A stretch of DNA of 64,000 bases from the human T2T-CHM13v2.0 reference genome, Homo sapiens: NCBI RefSeq assembly GCF_009914755.1, contig NC_060926.1; one strand, given 5' to 3'. How positions within the stretch are numbered: position 1 is the first letter of the stretch; every line of letters begins with the position of its first letter. A model generated the notes under the pieces. It ran no database searches. It saw only the letters and a list, made by a program, of their open reading frames with translations, and was not told the DNA's origin. Made by a program: the position numbers and the translations under genes. Shown here in pieces: positions 55,630-64,000 of this stretch.

Positions 55630-57921
55630 TGATATGGTTTGGCTGTGACCCCACCCAGATCTCAACTTGAATTGTATCTCCCAGAATTCCCACATGTTGT
55701 GGGAGGGACCCAGTGGGAGGTAATTGAATCATGAGGGCAGGTCTTTCCCGTGCTATTCTCGTGATGGTGAATAAATCTCATGACATCTGATGGGTTTATC
55801 AGGGGTTTCCGCTTTTGTTTCCTCCTCATTCTCTCTTGCTGCCACCATATAAGAAGTGCCCTCCACCATGATTGTGTGACCTTCCCCAGCCACCTGGAAC
55901 TGTAAGTCCAATTAAACCTTTTTCTTTTGTAAATTGCCCAGTCTTGGGTATGTCTGTATCAGCAGTGTGAAAATGAACTAATACAGTAAATTGGTTCCAG
56001 TAGAGTGGGGCATTGCTGAAAAGATACCCTAAAATGTGGAAGCAACTTTGGAACTGGGTAACAGGCAGAGGTTGGAACAGTTTGGAGGGCTCAGAGGAAG
56101 AAAGAAAAATATGGGAAAGTTTGGAATTTCCTAGAGACTTGTTGAATGGCTTTGCCCAAAATACTGATAGCAATATGGACAATAAAGTCCAGGCTGAGGT
56201 GGAATCAGAGAGAAATGAGGAACTTGTTGGGAACTGGAGCAAAGGTGACTCTTGTTATGTTTTAGCAAAGAGACTGGCGGCATTATGCCCCTGCCCTAGA
56301 GATTTGTGGAACTTTGAACTTGAGAGGGATAATTTAGGGTATTTGGCAGAAGAAATTTCTAAACAGCAAAGCACTCAGGATGTAATTTGGGTGCTGTTAA
56401 AGCCATTCAGTTTTATAAGGGAAGCAGAGCATAAAAGTTTGGAAAATTTGCAGATGGACAATGTGATAAAAATGAAAATCCCTTTTTCTAAGGAGAAATT
56501 TAAGACGGCTGCAGAAATTTGGGTAAATAATGAGGAGCCAAATGTTAATTCCCAATACAATGGGGAAAATGTCTCCAGGGCATGTCAGAGGTTTTCACCA
56601 GGCAGCCCTTCTCATCACAGGCCCAGAGGCATAGGAGGAAGAAATTGTTTTGTTGGCTAGGCCCAGGGTCCCAGTGTTGTGTGCAGCCTAGGGACTTAGC
56701 ATCCTGCTTCCAAGCCACTCCAGCCATGGCTAAAAAGGGCCAAGGTACAGCTTGGGCCGTGGCTTCAGAGGGTGGAAGCCCCAGACCTTGGCAGCTTACA
56801 CGTGGCATTGAGCCTGTGGGTACACAGAAGTCAAGAACTGAGGTTTGGGAACCTCCACCCAGATTTCAGAAGATGTATGGAAACACCTGGATAACCAGGC
56901 AAAAGTTTGCTGCAGGGGTAGAGCCCTCATGGAGAACTTCTGCTATGGCAGTGCGGAAGGGAAATGTGAGATTGAAGCCCCCACACAGAGTCCATACTGG
57001 GGCACCATCTAGTGGAGCTGTGAGAAGAGGGCCACCATCCTCCAGACCCTAGAATGGTACATCTGCCAACACCTTGTACCATGTGCCTGGAAAAGCCACA
57101 GGCACTCAATGCTAGCCCATGAAAGCAGCCAAGAGGGAGGCTGTACCCTGCAAAGCCACAGGGGCAGAGCTGCCCAAGACTATGGGAACCCACCTCTTGC
57201 ATCAGGATGACCTGGATGCAAGACATGGAGTCAAATATCATTTTGGAACTTTAATATTTGACTGCCTTGTTGGATTTCAGATTTGCATGGGGCCTATAGC
57301 CCCTTTGTTTTGGCTAATTTCTCCCATTTGGAATGGCTGTATTTACCAAATGCCTGTACTACCATGGTATCTAGGAAGTAACTGACTTGCTTTTAATTTT
57401 ACAGGCTCATAGGGAGAAGGGAGTTGTATTGTCTCAGGTGAGACATTGGGCTGTGGACTTTTGAGTTAATACTGAGATAAGACTTTGGGGGACTGTTGGG
57501 AAGGCATGATGGGTTTTGAAATGTGAGGACATGAGATTTGGGAGGGGCCAGGGAAGAATGATATGGTTTGGCTGTGCCCCCACCCAAATCTCAACTTGAA
57601 TTGTATCTCCCAAAATTCCCACAAGTTGTGGGAGAGACCCAGTGGGGGGTAACTGAATCATGGAGGCGGGTCCTTCCTGTGCTATTCCTGTGATAGCAAA
57701 TCTGTCTCATGAGATCTGATGGGTTTATCTGGGTTTTCCACTTTTGCTTCCTCCTCATTCTGTCTTGCTGCTGCCATGAAAGAAGTGCCTCTTGCCCTCT
57801 GCCATGATTGTGAGGTCTTCCCCAGCCATGTAGAACTGTAAGTCCAGTTAAAATTATTTCTTTTGCCAATTGCCCAGTCTTGGGTATGTGTTTATCAGCA
57901 GTGTGAAAACAGACTGATGCA
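55630..57921 (+). mobile_element. Full-length THE1A (LTRs 55630-55985 and 57559-57921)
   Basis: tgatatggtttggctgtg LTR starts; gggtttatcaggggtttccgctttt THE1A motif; internal MaLR ORF remnant; TSD TAGGC/CAGGC. Confidence 0.93.
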
Positions 57922-60900
57922 CAGGCTTTTTGTTTGTTTGTTTGTTCCAAATGAATTTTAGAATAGATTTCTCTGGTTCTGGGAGTTGTTGGTATTTTGG
58001 TAGGAATATCATTAAATATATAAATTGCTTTGGGCAGTATGGCCATTAATAACTCTATTAATACTTCCAATCCATGAGCATGGAATATTTTTCCATTTAT
58101 TTATGTCATCTCTGGTTTCTTTCAGCAATGTATTGTAGTTCTGCTTGAAGAGACTTTTTACCTCCTTAGTAAGATAGACTCCTAGGTATTTCATTTCGTT
58201 TGTGGTTATTATAAATGAGATTGTGTCTTTGCTTTGATTCTCATCTAGAATGTTACTGGTGTATAGAAATTCTACTGCTTTCTATAGCTGATCTTGTATC
58301 CTAAAACTTTACCAAATTTGTTTATTAGTTCCAGGAGCCTTTGGGTGGTATCTTTGGAGTTTTCTAGGTATAGAATCATATTGTCAGCAAAGAGAGATAG
58401 ATTAACTTGTTATTCTCCTAGTTGGATGCCTTTTATTTCTTTTTCTTCCCTGATTGCCCTGGGTAGGCCTTCCAGTACTGTGTTGAATAGGAGTAGTAAG
58501 AGTAGACATCCTTGCCTTGTTCCAGTTCTCAAGGGGAATGGTTCAGTTTTTGCTGGTTCAGTGTGATGCTGGCTGTGCGCTTGTCATAGATGGCTCTTAT
58601 TATTTTGAGGTATGTTTCTTCAATGCCTAATTGATTTAGGATTTTTATCATGAAGAATGATTGATTTTATCTAAGACTTTTTTTTTCCATCTATTGAGGT
58701 AATCATATGGTGTTTGTCTTTGATTCTGTTTATGTGGTGAATCACATTTATTGATTTGCATGTGTTGAACCAACCTTGTATTCCTGAAACAAAGCCTACT
58801 TGACCACTGTGAATTAACCTTTTCATGTGCTTCTGGATTCAGTTTGTCGAGTACCTATGTTCATCAGGGATATTGGCCTGAATTTTCTTTTTTCATTGTG
58901 TCTCTGCCATGTTTTGCTATCAGAATGATGCTGGCTTTACAGAATGAATTAGGGAGAAACCCCTCCCTATCAACTTTTTGGAATAGTTTCACTGTGATTG
59001 GTATCAGTTCTTCTTTGTACATCTGGTAGAATTTTACTGTAAATCCATCTAGTTTAGGGCTCCTTTTGGTTGGTAAGATTTTTATTACTGACTCAATTTC
59101 CGAACTTGTTACGGGTCTTTTCAGGTTTTCACTTGCTTTCTGATTCAATCTTGGGAAGTTGTGTGTTTCTAGGAATTTACCCATTTTCTCTAGATTTTTA
59201 AATTTTTATGCGTGGAGGTGTTCATAAATAATCCCCGAGGATATTTCGTATTTGCATGGAATTGGTTGTAATGTTGTCTTTGTCATTTCTGATTGCACTT
59301 ATTTGGATCTTTTTTTCATCTTCTTAATTGTTAATTCAGCTAACAGCTGTTAAATCAGCTAACAGTCCATCAAACTTGTTTATTCTTTTAAATTTTTAGT
59401 TTTACTGATCATTTGTGTGGACTTTTGAGTCTCAGTTTCTTTTAGTTGTTCTCTGATATTAGTTATTTCTTTTCTACTAGCTTTGAAGCTGGAATGTTGT
59501 ATTTTTTTTCTTTAGTTTCTCCAGTTATGCTTTTAAGTAGTTAATTTGAGAACTTTCTAACCTCTTGATAAAGGTGTTTAGCACATAAACTTTCCTTTTA
59601 ACATTGTTTTAGCTGCATCCCAAATGTTTTGGTAAGGTGTGTCTCTATATTCATTAATTTCAAATGATTTTTTACTTTATCTTAATTTCATTGATTACCC
59701 CAAAGTTATTCAGAAGCAAGTTGTTTAATTTTCATGTTTTGTGTAGTTTTGAGAGATTTTCTTATTATTGATTTCTATTTTTATTGCACTGTGTTCCAAG
59801 AGCACACTTGGTATGCATTCAACTTTTTAAAATGTATTGAGACTTGCTTTATGTCTGAGCATATGGCAGGTCTTAGAATATATTCTGTGTATGGATGACA
59901 AAAATATATATTCCATACTTGTTGGGTGAAGTACTCTCTAGATGTCTATTAGGTCCAATTGGTCAAGTGTTGAGTTTAAGTCCAGAATTTGTTTTAGTTT
60001 CCTGCCTCAATAATCTGTCTAATGCTGTTAGTGTGGTGTCAAAGTCCCCCACTATTATTGTGTGGCTAAGTTTTTTTATAAGTCAAGAAGACCTTGTTTT
60101 ATGACTCTGTTTGCTCCTATGTTGAGCATAAACATATATGTTTAAGATGTTAAACCTTCTTATTGAAATGAACCCTTTATCATTATGTACAGCCATTGTT
60201 TCTTCTTTCTGATTATTGTTGGTTTAAAATCTATTTTATATGGTATAAGAATAATGCTCCTTTTTGTTTTCTCTTTGCTTGGTAGATTATTCTCCGTTCC
60301 TTTACTTTGAGCCTGTGGTGTCATTACATGTGAGATGCATCTCATGAAAAGAGTAGACTGTTGGATCTTGTCTTTTTTATCTAGTTTGCCACTCTGTGTC
60401 TTTTAAGTGGGGTGCTTAGATTACATTCAGGGTTAGTATTGATATACAAGATTTTGATCCTGTCATCATGTTGTTAGCTAACTTGGTTTTGTAGACTTGA
60501 TGGTGTAGTTTCTTTTTATTGTTGGTGGGCTTTGTGCTTGAGAGTATTTTTGAGGTAGGTTTTGGTCTTTTGTTTCCATGTTAATGCTCCTTTCAGGACC
60601 TCTTGTAAGAGTGGTCTGTTAATAACATATCCCTTAGTGCTTGCTTCTCTGAGAAGGATTTTTATTTCTCTTTCTCTTATGAAGATTAGTTTGGTGAGGT
60701 ATGATAGTCTTGGTTGAAATTCTTTTCTTTAAGAATGCTGTAAAGAGGCTCCCACCATCCTCTGGCTTGTAGGGTTTCTGCTGAGAGATCTGCTGCTAGC
60801 CCGATGGGGCATTCTTTATAGGTGACCTACCTTTCTCTCTAGCTGCCTTGAAGATTTTTTCTTTTGCCTTGACTTTGATGAATTTGATGACTATGTGCCT

Positions 60901-62109
60901 TGGGGGTGGTCATTTTTTGTAGTATCTTTCAGGAGTTCTCTATATTTTTTGAATTTGTATGTTCTCCTCTCTAGCAACTTCAGGGAAATTTTTATGAACG
61001 ATATCTTCAATATGGTTTCCAAATTACTTACTCCTTCTCTTTCAGGAATGCCCATGAGTTGTAGATTTAACTTTTTTACATAATCCTATATTTATTGAAA
61101 GTTTTGTTCATTTTGTAAAATTCTTTTTTCCTTATATTTGTATGAGAGAGCTTATTTGAAGAGCCAGTCTTTAAGCTCTGAGATTCTTTCTTCAGCTTGA
61201 TCTATTCTGCTATTGATACTTCCAATTGTGTTGTGGAATTCTTGAAGTAAATTTTTCAGCTCCAGAAGTTCAGGTTGGTTCTTTCTTCAAATGGCTATTT
61301 CATCTTTCAGCTCCTGGATTGTTTTACTGGATTCCTTGGATTGGGTTTCAACTTTCTCCTTGATCCCATTGAGCTTCCTTACCATCCAGATTCTAAATTC
61401 TATGTCCATCACTTCAGTCATCTCAATCTAGCTAATTATCATTTCTGAGGGGCTAGAGTGTCTGTTTGCAGGTAAGGGGGCACGCTGGCTTATGGAGTTT
61501 CCAGAATTCTTGCATTGATTCTTTCTCATGTGGAAGGGCTGACATTCTTCTAACTATGATGTGGATTGAGTATACTCAGTTGGCTTTATTTCTGGGTGTT
61601 TTCAGAGGGTCAGCACTCTGTACAAAGTGTTTATTTGTGGCTGGACCTTTGCCTTAGTTTTCCCAGGCACTGTATACTGGCAAAATATTTTAGTGTTGTA
61701 TTTTGGGCTTCAATCCAGTAGGTGGTGCATAACGTTAGCTGGCAGATAGGCTCTTACTCTGCTGCATGGCTCTTGTGTTTTAATGCAGTTGGTAGTAGTG
61801 CTCTGTGGTGGGTGGGGAGAGAGATGGCCCCCTCACCTGGTCTGCTCCTGGGCCTTGGAGTTGCCCCTTCTGACCGCTGACTCCATGCCCATATTTCTTT
61901 TGTTAGGTGCTCTAATCCACAGTGCTCCCCCAGGCAGAGGCCACGGTTGACAGACTGGCCATATCCTTGACAGGCCTGCCCTGCAGAAGGAGGCACACAC
62001 CACTCCTCCATAGGCCCATGAACCCAAGCATCTCACTTCTATCAGTGATCCGAGAGTAAGGGCTTGCCACTGCTTAGACACTGTGCAAGTCAGCAAGTTC
62101 CATTCAGCT

Positions 62110-62535
62110 AGGTGCTACAGGGGTGGGTGGGCTCATCTAATCTGCTGTCCGGATGCTTCACAAGGAAACATGGGGTTGCACCTGCCTGATGAGTTCAGAC
62201 AGAAGCAGGACAGCTGGGCTGGAAGCTCTAGCAGGTGTGACCCACCTGGCTATCAGTGACAGGGATGGGTCGAGTCACCTTCCCTGCTGTCTGGATGTTT
62301 TCTGGGGCAACAGGACGCTACCCCACTGGCTGAGTTTAGGCATAAGCAGGACTTCTTGGCTGGAAGCTCTAGCAGGTGTGGCCTGCCTGGCTCTGAGGAG
62401 CAGAGATAGGTGGAGTTGACCAATCTGCCATCCACATATTTCCCAGGGAAACAGGAGGATACAGCCACCAGATGGATTCAGGCAGAAACAGAAATACTGG
62501 AGTGGAATCACTACCAGGTGTGGCCTGCCTGCTTA
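62110..62535. repeat. Three diverged ~141-bp monomers in the L1 5' UTR
   Basis: ggctggaagctctagcaggtgtg at about 62217 and 62358, third copy at about 62499. Confidence 0.8.
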
Positions 62536-62815
62536 TGAGAAATGGGGTTTTACCCTGTTGTCCAGTCTGGGGTATAATGGTGCAATCATAACTCCCTGTA
62601 CCCTCAAACTCCTAGGCTCAAGCAATCTTCCCCGCTCAGCCTCCTGTGTACCTAAGGACTACAGGCATGTGCCACCATGTTTGACTATTCTTTTTAATGT
62701 TTTTTAGAGACAGGTCTCACTATATTGCCCAGGCTGGTCTCAAATCCTTGTCTCAAGCAATCCTCCTGCCTCAGCCTCCCAAGGTGCTGGGATTACACAC
62801 ATGAACCACTGCACC
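62536..62815 (-). mobile_element. AluJ with no poly(A) tail, fused to the L1 5' end
   Basis: Dimeric AluJ body; no T-run at 62535; ends 4 nt from the L1 TSD. Confidence 0.85.
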
Positions 62816-62819
62816 TTTA

Positions 62820-64000
62820 AGTCATAATCATTTTGCTGGTGGAGGGTCTTGCTTCAATGTCGATGGCTGCTGATTGATCAGGCTATTTCTTAATGTATGC
62901 CTATAATGAAGATTGCCACATATATTTGATTCTTTCTTCTACAAAAGATTTCTCTCTAGCATTCAATGCTGTCTGATAGCCTTTCACTCACTATAGAACT
63001 TGCAAAATTGGAGTCAGCTCTCCCAAACCCTGACACTATTTTATCAAGTAAGTTTATGTAATATTCTAAATCTTCTGTTGTCATTTCAACAATGTTCACA
63101 GCATCTTCAATTGATGCTGTTGTAGATTCAAATGCAGTAAACCACTTTCTTTGCTTATCCATAAGAAGAAAGCCCTCATCAGTTCAGGTTTTCTTATGAG
63201 ATTGCAATAATTCAATCACATCTTCAGGCTCCATTTTTAATTATAGTTCCCTTGCTATTTCCAGCAAATCTTCAGCTTCTTCCACTACTGAAATATTGAA
63301 CTCCTCAAGGTCATCCTTGAGGGTTGGAATCAACTTCTTTCAAATTCCTATGAATGTTGGTATTTTGACATTGGAGCATGACTGAAAAATTGTCTTAATG
63401 GCATCTAAAATGGTGAATATTTTCCAGTAGACTTTCAATTTAGTTTGCCTAGATCCATCAGAGAAATCACTATCTATGGCAGCTACAGCCTTATGAAATG
63501 TATTTTTTAAATAGTCAGACCTGAAAGTCAAAATTAACTCTTGATCCATGGACTGCAGAATGGATGTTGTGTTAGAAGCCATGAAGCCAACATTAATCAT
63601 CTTGTACATCTCTTGGGTGAGTTCTTGGGCAACCAGGTGCATTATCTATATACAGTAATATTTTGAAAGGAATCTTTATTCTGAGTAGAAGGCCTCAATG
63701 GTGGTCTTAAAATATTTAGTAAACCATGTTGCAAACAGATATACTGTCATTCAGGCTTTGTTCATTCATTTATAAAGCACAGGCAGAATAGATTGAGCAC
63801 AATTCTTAAGGGTCCTAGGATTTTTGAAATGGTGAGTGAGCATTGCCTTCAACTCAAATTCACTAGCTGCATTAGCCCTTAACAAATTAGTCAGCTTGTC
63901 CTTGAAAGCTTTAAAACTGAACATTGACTTCTCTCTAGCTGTGAGAAGTCCTAGATGGCAGCTTCTTCTAATATAAAACTGTTTCATTGTCTACATTGAA
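62820..64000 (-). mobile_element. Tigger1 continued (decayed transposase)
   Basis: Resumes ttttgctggtggagggtcttg; ORFs [17 protein letters not shown] and [12 protein letters not shown] resemble pogo/Tigger DDE transposase. Confidence 0.92.

Larger units (their letters stand above)
54138..62535 (-). mobile_element. L1PA15/16-like LINE, near full length, interrupted by THE1A
   Basis: 3' UTR tttgttacatgggtaaatt...agcatagtaccc; ORF2 remnants (KYLGVYLTKEVK...[25 protein letters not shown]); TSD AGTCATAATC at 54128-54137 and 62820-62829. Confidence 0.9.

Noticed and set aside
56013-56660. Longest ORF (215 aa) as a gene
   Set aside because: It is the standard THE1 internal MaLR ORF remnant.
62956-63987. 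Domesticated transposase (TIGD-like)
   Set aside because: Fragmented by stops and frameshifts; ordinary Tigger1 copy.

Overview
Primate (human-like: AluY, LTR7/HERV-H) genomic DNA, dominated by repeats, with no intact protein-coding gene that I can support. Clear elements are a two-LTR HERV-H provirus (37733-44096, minus strand, tRNA-His PBS), a Tigger1 split by a near-full-length L1PA15/16 that itself carries a complete THE1A, a half MER4 provirus, more than a dozen Alus or Alu fragments, and many MaLR/ERV1 solo LTRs, MIR, L2 and old L1 fragments. The main observation concerns the non-repeat islands between these elements. Translated by hand on the minus strand across stops and frameshifts, they give remnants in the order of a type I membrane receptor: signal peptide + LRR array (53.7-52.4 kb), several B7/butyrophilin-like IgV/IgC domains (50, 34-32.7 and 21 kb), two FN3-like segments (30 and 29 kb), a transmembrane segment (14.8 kb) and a possible cytoplasmic exon (11.7-10.6 kb). 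MIR, MLT1J-like and old L1 insertions sit inside these remnants, which suggests one or more very ancient unitary pseudogenes. The HERV-H lies inside this fossil in the same orientation. All family and domain calls are by-eye recognition with no database search; subfamily names and boundaries of old elements are approximate.
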